From Octopus bimaculoides (taxonomy: Eukaryota), in NCBI RefSeq assembly GCF_001194135.2, contig NC_068982.1:67468497-67512725 (forward strand): a DNA stretch of 44,229 nucleotides, written 5' to 3'. This document shows, in pieces, positions 24,661 through 36,999 of the stretch. Made by a program: the position numbers and the translations under genes. Within the stretch, counting starts at the first letter, position 1, and the number at the start of each line of letters is the position of its first letter. The notes under the pieces were generated by a model, which did no database searches, was not told where the DNA came from, and saw only the letters and a program-made list of their open reading frames with translations.

Positions 24661-26634
24661 GCTGTCTAAGTGGTGTCAATGCACATACACACACACGCAC
24701 ATATCTTTTATTTGTTTCAGTGGACTGTGGCCATGCTTAAGGATCGTCTTGAAGGATACCAGTCGAACAAATCGACCCCAGATCTTACTGATTTAAAATC
24801 TGGTATTTATTCTACTGATACCTTTTGTCGAACCGCTAGGTCACAAGGACGCAAACAAACCAACACCTGGTTGTCAAGCGGTGGGGAAAGGTATAAACAT
24901 GCCCATATACGATGGGCTTCCACACAGTTTCCGTCTAACAATATTCACTCACAAGGCATTGGTCCAGTTGGGGCTGTTGTAGAAGACACTTGCCGAAGAC
25001 GCCATGCAATGGTCTAAACGTAGGGCACACTTATTTTGTTTTATCTGTCACCTGTTTCAGTCACTGAACTGCGGCCATGCTGAGGCACTGCCTCGAATAA
25101 ACTGTCCCTAGTATTTATTTTTGAAGTCTGGTACTTATTCTATTGGTCTGTTTTGCTGAATCGGTAAGGAGATGTAACAAACCAACAGCGGTTGTCAAGC
25201 AGTGGTGGAACATACGTACATACACACATATTGGTTTCAACTTTTGGTCCATGGCCAACAACTTTGTGGGGAGCGGGTAAGTCGATTACATCGACTCCAG
25301 TACTCATTGTATCGACCTCGAAAGAATGAAAGGCAAAGCCGACCTCGGCGGAATTCGAACTCAGAACTTAAAGACGGGCAAAATATCATTAAGCATTTTG
25401 CCCGGTGTGGTTACGATTCTGCCAACTCGCCATCTTATTTGTTAATTTAATTATTGAGAACAAATATGTAATTGTGTTTTTCACTCACTCTCTCTCTCTC
25501 TCTGTTTTTCACTTTGACAAGGCCGATTAACTTCTGTCTTCAGTGCCCCTCACACTTTCTCGCTCTCGCAGACGCACGTACACATGCAGACTAATGCACA
25601 AATTATACGTAATGTTCGGTTCAGCAGAGATTCACATGACCTCATTAGAGTGGGAGTGGTGGAACAACATTCAAACAAGTTTGTATGGTGATTTTCCAGT
25701 CAACCAGACTGTTTATTCTTTGGCAACCAGACGTTCCTCGGCCAATATTAGATTACAAAAAGAACTGTTTTTGGCAGTTTTCTTTAAAGCTTGCATTCGT
25801 TTACAGCTTCCATACTGTTCGACTTCGCATTGAAGACACACTCTCTCTCTCTTTCTCTGCTTCCCTCCCACTCTCTTTTACCCATTTCACACAACAGGCT
25901 GTCGTTACAGTCTGCAACGAACACACACACCACCCACGCACTTATGCCTACACATTTCTCTCCTACACAGACACATACACACGTATGCTTATTACACGCA
26001 AGCATATTTTTATGCTGAGGATATTGTGTTTTTGCAGTTGTTACTTGTGATGAAAATTGCCTCACCAATGTTGAGGAATTGCATATAATGTTATAGACCA
26101 TGCTTGTTGTCTTTTGTCTTTTGTCTTTCACTTGTTTCAGTCACTGGACTGCGACCACGCTGGTGCACCACCTAGAAGAGTTTAATCTTACAAACCGATC
26201 CCAGTACATATTAAAAAAAAAACAATTTTAAGCTCATACTTATTCCATCGGTCTCTTTTGCCCAACTGCTAAATTGCAGGGACGTAAACAAACCTACACC
26301 GGTTATCGAGCGTGGGGGGAAAGACAAACATAAAGACATGCACACACATATATACATAAATACATACATACACACGACGGATTTCCACATAATAAATCCA
26401 TTCACAAGGCATTGGTCGACCCAGGGATATAGTAGTAGACATTTGCCCTCAGTGCTATGCAGTGGGACTTAACCCCAAACCATGTGGGTTGCAAAGCGAG
26501 CTTTTTAACCACACTGCCATACCTGCGTCTATAGATAACACTGTGAATGTAAAAAATTATTACAATCATTTATAAAGATTTTATAATTTCAATTATTACC
26601 GATTGAAGCTTCTATTGCGTGTTAGCAGCATATA

Positions 26635-26855
26635 TACAAAGGGTGCTGAGAAATTCGTGACTTTAAGTGTGTCGCGAAAGGCCTGGCTGGAGGCCCAGCT
26701 TTTCGAGTTCTTTTACAGGGCTTAGAAAAACTGATGGACCGCTGCAATAAGTGTGTGAATCTGAGAGGGAAATATGTTGAATAAAATCATAATTAACTGA
26801 TCCTCCTGTATTTTCGTTTACTCAAAAGCCTAATCCTTTTCAACATTTCCTCGTA
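26635..26855 (+). mobile_element. Mariner-derived MITE
   Basis: TA-bounded imperfect TIRs (tacaaagggtgctgagaaa / ttttcaacatttcctcgta). The interior encodes FLQGLEKLMDRCNKCVNLRGKYVE*, a mariner transposase C-terminus. Confidence 0.82.
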
Positions 26856-27757
26856 GGCGTGTTTGTTATAACATTTTGTATCAATGCATATGTGACAGGT
26901 AGGTAGCAGGTCAGCTATAGCTGTAACTTGTTACTATTGTAGCTATCGCATTGATGATAACAACGAAGGAAGATTGGGAAAATGAAAGGCTTTGTTTATC
27001 GTGAAAGAAAAAAAGAAAGGCCTTGTCTTTAGAGAAGGAAAGCTTCGCCTCTTTGTGGTGAAGGTGATTAACCCAAGGCTAACTTAACCTAGTGCTAAAA
27101 ATTCGTCTCCGTGTGCTTGTATGAGTAGGAAGAAAGTAATATGAGTAGGCACGAAGAGTTCATTTCTACAGTTTGCTACTGGAATAAACTCTTTGTGCCT
27201 GCTTATATTATGAGATGATTTAATGAGATAGAAATCGGAAAAGTCAAGGCAGAATCTTCGCACCAACATTTTATCTTATCATCAATGAAAAGCTGATCGT
27301 AAGATTGAGAGCTATAAGAACAAGGAGAACAAACACTTCCAGAATTTAATTGATCGAATTTCGGCAAAGTTTTACGTTACATATTAGATATTTATTCCTA
27401 AAGTTTTTATTCATCTCAATCATCATAGACCCTTGACATTACTGTTTTAAGTCCTAGGACTTATAGAGCCGGTTATCTGGTTTCCATGGTGTATAAATTG
27501 GTTGAAATCGCAACTTTCCCCTTGAACGGTACGCCAGTCTGTCACAGAGTTACTAATTTACAGCTGAGAGGATCGGATTAATGTGAAATACATTGCTTTG
27601 CCAAAGAGTACAACGTACTACCTAGTCCAGGAATCGAAACTACGATCTTTCGATCTTGCAGCAACTTAACCACTAGGCCACGAGCCTTCAATTTTTATTA
27701 TCACTTAATAAATAATTTTTATATCACAGATATTCCTTTTGGTATGTTCTACATCTA

Positions 27758-27975
27758 CAAGGAAGCAAGTTGGCAGAATCGTTAGCATGCTGGGCAATAT
27801 GCTTAGCAGCATTTCGTCCGTCTTTATGTTCCGAGTTCAAATTCCGCCGCGTTCGACTTTGCCTTTCATCTTTCCGAGATCGATAAAATAAGTACCAGTT
27901 GAGCAGGAGGGTCAATGAAATCGACTTCGCCCTTTCCCTGAAATTGCTGGACTAATACCTAAATTTGAAACCAAT
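27758..27975 (+). mobile_element. tRNA-head SINE (ttgcctttcatc...gataaaataagtaccag core)
   Basis: Related copies at about 16350-16480(-), 25240-25430(-), 28880-29025(+), 30016-30241(+), 36030-36135(-), 37870-38292(-) and 38760-39000(-). Confidence 0.8.
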
Positions 27976-28658
27976 ATTTTCTCCATCTACAAGCATTAAT
28001 AAATTTTAAGGCTACACAAACCTAGAACGTACTACTAGAATTTTTTTTTTATCGTACCTAATTTGCAGAACTAACAGTGATAATCAATTGGTTTCCTTGC
28101 AATACTGTTTGACCAAGCGTAAAGATTAGATTTAAAATGAAATTTTTGTTGAATTCAAAAAGCAAGAGATTTAGAAATTAATGGTAGTTACTATTCGATT
28201 AATACCCACACACAATTTTACCGGTATAGAAATAAATAAATGGTGACGAATAGAAAATTCATTATAACCGTTCACATGAAATACGAAATGAGGAAAAATT
28301 TTAATTATGAGAACATAAGTAATTAAGTCTAATGAGATAAGGATAGTTATTATTATATGTATTATGGTTACAACAGTTGAATTAAAGGACATTGACATAA
28401 CTGAGTATGAAATTATCTTTAAAAGTAGTGTAGTGGCTATCATTTTACTCCGAGTTAAATTAACCATGGAGAATTTAGATAAGTCAATTATGATCATTAG
28501 GAATTATTATAGTTACCACTTATAGTTTTAAACAGAGTATTCACACTCATGTCAGTAAGAGTTGAATATATGTAGTGATAAATTATACACACACACATTT
28601 ATGTACGTATATATAAATGTATACACACACACATGTGTGCGCACGCGTGTATGTGATA

Positions 28659-28691
<33 letters not shown>

Positions 28692-30015
28692 GCATGGTTA
28701 TGTTTTTAAGTAGCTTGTTTTGCAACGACATATTTTCGGGTTCAGTTCTACTATGTGGCACGTGATACCTTAAGCAAGTGTCTTCTACTATACCTTAGAG
28801 TCGACCTGTACTTGTGACTGAATTTGGTTGATGGAAATTTTGGTGAAGCTTGATATATATATATATATATATATATATATTACGTTCTGAGTTCAAATTC
28901 CGCCGAGGTCGACTTTGCTTTCCATCCTTTCGGGGTCGATAAATTAAGTACCAGCTGCGTACTGGAATCGATCTAATCGACTGCCCCCTCCCCCAAAATT
29001 TCGGGCCTTGTGCCTAGAGTAGAAAAGAAAAGTATATTAATATATATATGTCTATATAATTAATAACATCTTATGGATGTGAAAATGTCNNNNNNNNNNN
29101 NNNNNNNNNNNNNNNNNNNNNNNNNNNNNNNNNNNNNNNNNNNNNNNNNNNNNNNNNNNNNNNNNNNNNNNNNNNNNNNNNNNNNNNNNNNNNNNNNNNN
29201 NNNNNNNNNNNNNNNNNNNNNNAAAAGTTTTTGATCCGATAATTTCTTTTTAAATTAGGAATTCTAGCAATGAGAACTTTCGAATACACAGGCCGGTAGT
29301 TTTCTTGTTAGAGCATTTGAATTGAATGCAGAAAATTTGGATATAATGAATTAAATAAAAATGTATTTTCTCAGTCAGCCCAAGTTTTTCAATAACACCT
29401 GTATTTGATTTTAGATAAAATTCTCGGTTGGTAAAGAAGAGGTAAAGTTGTAGAAGCAAGTTGATACTGCCTAAACACTGGAAAATCATTTCATTAGCAT
29501 TGAAAAATCAAGAGGAATATGAACCAACGTGGAAGAATATAAAATTTTGAAGATTTTCACCTGTGTTTCTCACTAGGCAAGTCACGTTTTAGAAACCAAC
29601 TGCATTGCCTCTGGTACCTTTCTTTCATAGTATAAATATTTTGGTGGAATTTTTCTCCTCTTGTCATCGTTATAATCTCTAGAAAACCTTGAGAAATAAT
29701 CTAGATGCCATCTGCAAAAATGTAATTTTACTGACATACATATTCGTAGAGTCTCAAACCCCTACATCAGTTTTTCAATGATATGCACCTTATTTTGAAC
29801 TTCAGAGATTATTAAAGAATGTTATTCGCTTATGATTTGAAGGGTTGCCATACATTTTTCTCTGTCTCACTCATTATTTTTAGAATTATTTCGCCTTCAT
29901 TAAGCTTCTAATCTGAAGGCCATCAAAAATATCTGGATATAATTTAGCACCACTGACTTGTAGAAATTTCTGTGTTAAGAAAATGAACGCTGAACTTTAT
30001 TACTGGCCTTGACAA

Positions 30016-30241
30016 GGGCCGCGAGCTGACAGAATCGTTAGAGTGTTGGAAACAATGTCCCAACGTATTCGTTTCATCTCTTTATGTTTTGAGTTCCAAC
30101 CCCTCTGAGGTCAACTTTACCTTTCCTACCATCAGATCCGATAAAAATAAAGTACCAGTCAAGTGCTGGTGCCGATAGAGTAGACGAACTAACTCCCCTC
30201 AAGATCGTTGGTTTTGTGTCAAAATCAGAAACCATTAATGA
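30016..30241 (+). mobile_element. tRNA-head SINE inserted in the Chapaev transposase
   Basis: Flanked by a perfect 9-bp TSD ccttgacaa (30007-30015 and 30242-30250). Confidence 0.85.
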
Positions 30242-30476
30242 CCTTGACAAACTTTTCTATTAACAGAATTTTATATGAAGAAAAGACAACGTAATTTGTT
30301 GACGATTGACTAGAAATTCAAGCAATCATATTATATAAGCCAAGTTGATGAACTTCTTCATTTTCCTCATTGTGTTTGTCATCTCAGCTGTCCTATAAAG
30401 AAAACACAGCAACTTCGTCTAGCCTGAAAAGAAATGGAATATTATGAAACATGAAATATAATGTCAAATGAGATGA

Positions 30477-31973
30477 TCTATCTATCTATATATATATAAA
30501 TGAGAATGTGTGTGTGTGTGTGTGTCTGTCTGTCTGTCTGTCTGTGTGAATCCCTAAAACTCGAGAACTACGCAACCAATTTCATTCAAATTTTACACAT
30601 GCCTTACTTAGGGTTCCAGTTGTGTTTTAGTCAAAAAAAATTATTAACTTCTTGCAGAGTTCGAGCACACGGCAACATAATATCTCCTCCACTATTTAAG
30701 TATTACGTGTCAAAAGTGAANNNNNNNNNNNNNNNNNNNNNNNNNNNNNNNNNNNNNNNNNNNNNNNNNNNNNNNNNNNNNNNNNNNNNNNNNNNNNNNN
30801 NNNNNNNNNNNNNNNNNNNNNNNNNNNNNNNNNNNNNNNNNNNNNNNNNNNNNNNNNNNNNNNNNNNNNNNNNNNNNNNNNNNNNNNNNNNNNNNNNNNN
30901 NNNNNNNNNNNNNNNNNNNNNNNNNNNNNNNNNNNNNNNNNNNNNNNNNNNNNNNNNNNNNNNNNNNNNNNNNNNNNNNNNNNNNNNNNNNNNNNNNNNN
31001 NNNNNNNNNNNNNNNNNNNNNNNNNNNNNNNNNNNNNNNNNNNNNNNNNNNNNNNNNNNNNNNNNNNNNNNNNNNNNNNNNNNNNNNNNNNNNNNNNNNN
31101 NNNNNNNNNNNNNNNNNNNNNNNNNNNNNNNNNNNNNNNNNNNNNNNNNNNNNNNNNNNNNNNNNNNNNNNNNNNNNNNNNNNNNNNNNNNNNNNNNNNN
31201 NNNNNNNNNNNNNNNNNNNNNNNNNNNNNNNNNNNNNNNNNNNNNNNNNNNNNNNNNNNNNNNNNNNNNNNNNNNNNNNNNNNNNNNNNNNNNNNNNNNN
31301 NNNNNNNNNNNNNNNNNNNNNNNNNNNNNNNNNNNNNNNNNNNNNNNNNNNNNNNNNNNNNNNNNNNNNNNNNNNNNNNNNNNNNNNNNNNNNNNNNNNN
31401 NNNNNNNNNNNNNNNNNNNNNNNNNNNNNNNNNNNNNNNNNNNNNNNNNNNNNNNNNNNNNNNNNNNNNNNNNNNNNNNNNNNNNNNNNNNNNNNNNNNN
31501 NNNNNNNNNNNNNNNNNNNNNNNNNNNNNNNNNNNNNNNNNNNNNNNNNNNNNNNNNNNNNNNNNNNNNNNNNNNNNNNNNNNNNNNNNNNNNNNNNNNN
31601 NNNNNNNNNNNNNNNNNNNNNNNNNNNNNNNNNNNNNNNNNNNNNNNNNNNNNNNNNNNNNNNNNNNNNNNNNNNNNNNNNATGTTGACTGCTCAAGAGT
31701 GGGCAGCAACAAAAAACCTATTTGTATATGCTCCACAAGGGAAAACAAGGAACATAGTTTACAATGAGGTGTTATAATCACAACAGCAAGAAAGTATGTA
31801 CATGATCACCTTCTTTTACGAAACTTCATTGACTTTCATATATTTATATTGATATACATATATATACGTGTGTGTATATACATCTCTCTATATAAAGATG
31901 ATGCGTAGTCTAGACGGCGTTTTTAGATTTCATTATTCTCTTTAACCCGGGCAACGCCGGGTATTTCTGCTTG
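30477..31973 (+). mobile_element. Non-autonomous Helitron; interior mostly gap
   Basis: Begins A|TCtata... with (TG)/(TCTG) microsatellite. Ends with hairpin acccgg-gcaacg-ccgggt (31945-31962) followed by CTTG|T, one change from CTAG. A/T insertion site, no TSD. Confidence 0.8.
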
Positions 31974-33769
31974 TATGAAATAAATGTAAAACGAAAAAAA
32001 TATATAGAATGAAATGTAATATTTTTATCTTTAAATAAATCTCAACAAATTTTCTAATTATTGCCGTTGTACTTCAGATTATTCAGTAAGATTTCCAATT
32101 TTCACCTCTCTCAATTGATCCGAACGCACAACAGGAACACATGCAACCTTATTGCCAATGTTTAGAAGTACAGCTTTAGTAATCGTCCCGAAGAGTCAAT
32201 GAAAGGTTTCCATTCCACTTCCAAACCTAAGGTTTCTACGCCAATGTTCTCCAACGTCCCTACAACATTCTTAGAACGTATTCGTGAGAAACTTTATCTA
32301 TTTTGTGATAGTAGAAGTATTACATTCGTGGTGCAAGTAAATTGTTTAATCAAAACGTGAACGGAAGGAGTTAGCTAGACTCTCATGACAAGCTTAAATC
32401 AACTAATTGCATGATTCGTTGTGCTGGACTTAAAGGCCTTCGCTGGTTTTCATAAGTACTTGGAGCATTGACGTGTTCACACTATCAGTTTGATAATATG
32501 GATACTTCAGGAAAATATATGCTCTTGTCTACTGTTAATATCAGAATTCCTGGTCCACGAGGCACGGACTTCATGACAGAAGGACATTCGGATACACAAT
32601 ATGGTGTCAGTTCTTCATTAAGGCTGTCAATTACAAATTGGTAAAATTTTTAGTCAATTTCATTTTATTGCTCTAAACAATTTTGTATCAAAGTTTCTCT
32701 AAAAAATACTTTAAATTTAACTCCGCTTCAATGTGTGTAAAATAGAATTAAATATAATTAGTGTTTATTAAAAATAAATTTTTAAACATGAGCTAATCTT
32801 GTAAGTTAGTCTTGGAAACATAATAGTCCCTCACATGATCGATAACTTCTTTTCATACTGTCGGAATACCAAAAGAAAGGGATGTCATTTTGCCATAATC
32901 CAAACGTCATAAATTGTCAATATACATTTTACAACATAAATGACATACAAAACTTTCATCTTTATCTCTCAACTTAATTTCAAATAGGCGCGATAGTATG
33001 GTTTCATAAATTGAATCAATTTAATTATGTTGATCAGACGTTGTTGCTTTGCCGCAAACGTAATAAAACTTTTTTTGAGTTATTTTTTAAATTTTCTATT
33101 CATGGTTCAGACACCTGCAATACATGTAAGACATAAACACAACAACAGTAGAAATATACGCATACATAGTACACCTTTTACTACATAATCAGAATGAACG
33201 CTGATATAACAATAACGAAAACATAACACTGGCTGTAATGGAAAATGTCGCCAGGGGTCTCCTTGTGTGTGTATAAATTTAACCACTTTAAAGAAACAAA
33301 TTAATTTTGATAATTTAAGAAATCAGTTAGTTAATTTGTGCAACTTCTTTATAAAATTACTATGGCGTGCTTTTACGAAAATTGAAAAAAATTTGTTATT
33401 TGTAAATGAAAAAAAAAAAGAAAGAAAAAAGACATAGTTAGAAAACATGAGCTGATCAGAGAAAACGAATTTCAGATTTGAATTCTGAACGTGGAAAAAT
33501 AATTAATCACTCAAAGAAAAAATCAAATACTTTACTAAATAAACAAAATTAATATTTTACCATAAAATCAATCTATTACATTAAAAAGGTTAAATTTGTA
33601 CACACAGAGATTGCTGGCGGCATTTTCCCTTCGCAACCGGTGCTTATATGTTTCTATTATTATATAAACATTCATCCAGATAGTGTAGTAAGTGGAGGTG
33701 TACAGCTGTGTGTGTGTATTCCTATTTCTATTGCATATATTTCTTAAATCTATTACAGGTGTCTTAATC

Positions 33770-34250
33770 ATGAACAGAATAACAGAAAATCACCCCAACA
33801 GATTTTATTACATTAACAACAAAGAAGCAATACCTGATCGCTATTCTAATAATTACTCGATTTATAATCGGTATACAAGATTTATATCGATATATATACG
33901 AAAATTCGTTGGCTGCTACCGGGACGAATTTTCATCTCATTCCGATTGTTACTGTTTTAACACAGTACACCACTAAGAGATGTTATCTCAAGCCAAATAC
34001 CACGGCAACTGACCTGTCAAAAGTATGATACATAGATGGTTNNNNNNNNNNTTCGTTGGCTGCTACCGGGACGAATTTTCATCTCATTCCGATTGTTACT
34101 GCTTTAACACAGTACACCACTAAGAGATGTTATCTCAGGCCAAATACCACGGCAACTGACCTGTCAAAAGTATGATACATAGATGGTTATTTTAATTCTT
34201 TGCCTGTCCAAACCATTTTCATAAGTTTGTTCTAAACGTTCATATTTCTT
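33770..34250 (+). pseudogene. Possible second Chapaev-type N-terminal relic
   Basis: MNRITENHPNRFYYI resembles NHPD.FCYICG, and HSDCYCF resembles H..DCYFC. Similarity is weak. Confidence 0.35.
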
Positions 34251-35714
34251 TGCAGACTTTTAGTTGACCCTCGTTTCATATGTTATGAATAGCTTTCTTT
34301 TGATAAATCCGAAGTAAATCTGATGTTTGAAAAAATTGAGATATCTAGCCATTACAAATGATTAATAGAAGCTGTCTGACCACCTGTCTTGGTTTCGATT
34401 CTCGTTAAAGTTATTCATGCTCTTTGAAAGTGTCAAACTTCTTAACCACCATTTCGTGTTACTCGTCTATGCTTAAAAAAAAAAAAACATTAGGGATAAA
34501 TAACCTTCATCAGTAATCGAATACGTCATGCAAACTTGGTTTACTAGGGGGTTCCATTTTGGCTCACAAAACTCATTGCAAGATGTTTTAATTTTGGGTT
34601 CTTTAGGTTTTTAAGAGAGAATCTATTGTTGATGGAATCGATATAGAAAGGGCAAAAAGACACATTAATACGTGTTAAATATGCTTGTTAAATACAAGCA
34701 TATTTAACACAACAAGGTACCATTTCTACCATATCTGTCACCATGCACAATAAGAAAATAAAGCAGAAGTACAGGCATGGATGAGTGGTGAAGAAACTTG
34801 CTTTGAAACTAGATGTTTTGGGGTTCTGTCCCACTGCGCGGCACCTAAGACTAGTATCTTCTACTATAGCTCCGATCAATTCCTTGTGAGGGAATTTGGT
34901 AAACTGAAACTGTAGAAACCTGTNNNNNNNNNNNNNNNNNNNNNNNNNNNNNNNNNNNNNNNNNNNNNNNNNNNNNNNNNNNNNNNNNNNNNNNNNNNNN
35001 NNNNNNNNNNNNNNNNNNNNNNNNNNNNNNNNNNNNNNNNNNNNNNNNNNNNNNNNNNNNNNNNNNNNNNNNNNNNNNNNNNNNNNNNNNNNNNNNNNNN
35101 NNNNNNNNNNNNNNNNNNNNNNNNNNNNNNNNNNNNNNNNNNNNNNNNNNNNNNNNNNNNNNNNNNNNNNNNNNNNNNNNNNNNNNNNNNNNNNNNNGGT
35201 GAATGTGTCTTTGTGTTTATTTTTGACTCTCTCTCACTGCTTGATAACAGGTATGGATTTGCTTACATCCTCGTAACTTAGCTATTCGACAAAAGGGAAA
35301 AGAAACCGATAGAATAAGTACCAAACTTAAAAAAAAAACAAGTACTGGTGTTGATTTGTTTGACTAAACACTTCAAGACAATGACCCAGCATGAAACAAG
35401 ACTGGAAAAAAAAAAAGAATTAAAAAAAAAACAGAAACAAAAAAAAAATTGTATTTGTGTTTCAAGACATTTATTTCGGTTTAACTTTAATTTTGAATGA
35501 AAGAACCGTTACTGTCCTCCGTTGATATTTAAGAAGTAACTTTCTTGAAAATGCTGGTACTTGTAACTCCTTTAAGTTGGATTGACTGAAGAAAAGAAAT
35601 AATATGACCGTTAGCAATGTTCTGCACGACATAATCGAGAATAATAAAAGAAAAAATACAGAACAAAAATATACTTTAAACGTAGAGACTTGCAAACAGC
35701 TTCTACAGGTACCT

Positions 35715-35813
35715 TCTGCATACCGGACTCCAGTAACTAAGAAACCTACTGGAGTCCGGTATGCAGAGTTCTCCATTAAATAGTGCGCATTCATCAGGAG
35801 AGAATGCGCACTG
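35715..35813. other. Two adjacent perfect hairpins (21-bp stem with 11-nt loop; 11-bp stem with 9-nt loop)
   Basis: tctgcataccggactccagta (35715-35735) / tactggagtccggtatgcaga (35747-35767), and agtgcgcattc (35782-35792) / gaatgcgcact (35802-35812). Confidence 0.95.
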
Positions 35814-36585
35814 TTTCGAGGCCTTCCTCTCAATAGCTTTACATCGTACCGCCACTTCCAACTCATTAATGTGAAGCTCTGCCAACTGGATCGACTGACT
35901 AGTATCTGATCTCATGCTCTTCATCTCGGGATCATCAACGCCATTCAAATTGTCATACAAGTCTGACTTGCTATATCGGCAGACAGACACCTGCTTCACG
36001 CCTACACATCATTTCTCCAACAAGGTTTCATCATCCCCCGAGTTCGTCGGAATTCGAACTCAGAACGTAGAGACGGACGTAATGTCGCTATTCATTTTGT
36101 CCGGCGTGCTAACGATTCTTCCTGCTCACCGCTTCCAGTTAGTTTCAACAGATAATGACAAATCTTACCTCGAGCGGTGGAGCCAAGTTCTCAATCGAGA
36201 AACACCCCAAAAGATAAGAGCATGGTTTAGCCCTCAGTTATCGATCCGGCCTCATAGCAACAGATACCAATATGACCACTTCAAGATTGATTTCATCCGT
36301 TAGACATTGAAACAGTCATTCAGTCACTTGCTCATTGCTTTCACTAGCACATACTGCTTATAAGGCAGTCAACAATTTTAATAGTCACATGCTTTTGCTC
36401 ATATACTGCCAAACATACTTACATATTGCCAAATAAAAGTTTTCTTTACTCTCATTGGACAAGTTGAAGTTCAAGAAAAGATATGTAGTGCTCGGAAACA
36501 TATATGTTTATTTTAGGGTTGGCAATAATTCTATGACTCTGCACTTAACATATACCTTTCCCTTCACAATATAAATTAACAACTT

Positions 36586-36617
<32 letters not shown>

Positions 36618-36921
36618 CCTGTCTGTCTGTCTGTCTGTCTGTCTATATGATTACTGCACACATTCTACGCAAAACACTTTCAATACAGTAAACATAAGAG
36701 CACCACAGCAAACCACAGCACATACCCAAGGCGCACAGAGCTGCGCTCGGTAGTGAAGTGAAAGCACGTTATAAAAATAAAACTACTGNNNNNNNNNNNN
36801 NNNNNNNNNNNNNNNNNNNNNNNNNNNNNNNNNNNNNNNNNNNNNNNNNNNNNNNNNNNNNNNNNNNNNNNNNNNNNNNNNNNNNNNNNNNNNNNNNNNN
36901 NNNNNNNNNNNNNNNNNNNNN

Positions 36922-36999
<78 letters not shown>
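36922..36999. repeat. (CAA)n microsatellite
   Basis: About 26 perfect units next to a gap. Confidence 0.97.

Larger units (their letters stand above)
29549..33103 (-). pseudogene. Near full-length decayed Chapaev-type (Chapaev3-like) DNA transposase, split by a SINE and a Helitron
   Basis: Collinear minus-strand motifs from ATG at 33103: FYYVCGK, YRAY..LRDKD, SFGIPTV*KE..DHVRDYY, VPRGPG, LVDLSLS*ESS*LL..NNLLAP, EWKPFIDSSGRLLK/AVLLNIGNK, LKYNGNN*KIC*DL, CCFSL*DS*DDK, LHIK..FVKA, KLYPDIFDGLQIR, MSVKLHF..HLDYF, GEKFHQNIYTMKERYQ, LKRDLP. The superfamily name is from recall of the W.LFIDSS / GERFHQDI motifs. Confidence 0.82.

Noticed and set aside
25543-26131. Cluster of overlapping 75-121 aa ORFs
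   Set aside because: No recognisable motif, much of it is CA/CT low complexity, and there is no convincing splice context.
29590-29700. Apparent minus-strand exon (ttttctag|...aag|gtacca)
   Set aside because: It falls in the transposase C-terminal GEKFHQNI motif region and is explained by the TE.
30500-31781. Long ORFs of 328-425 aa (likewise 38261-38806 and 41271-42890)
   Set aside because: The length comes from N runs translated as X.
32457-32640. Apparent plus-strand exon (ataag|...|gtaaaa, 60 open codons)
   Set aside because: It is the antisense shadow of the Chapaev transposase relic, whose motifs (VPRGPG etc.) read on the minus strand.
33905-34188. 137-bp tandem duplication
   Set aside because: The copies abut a 10-N gap and differ by 2 transitions, typical of overlapping haplotype contig ends. 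Likely an assembly artefact.
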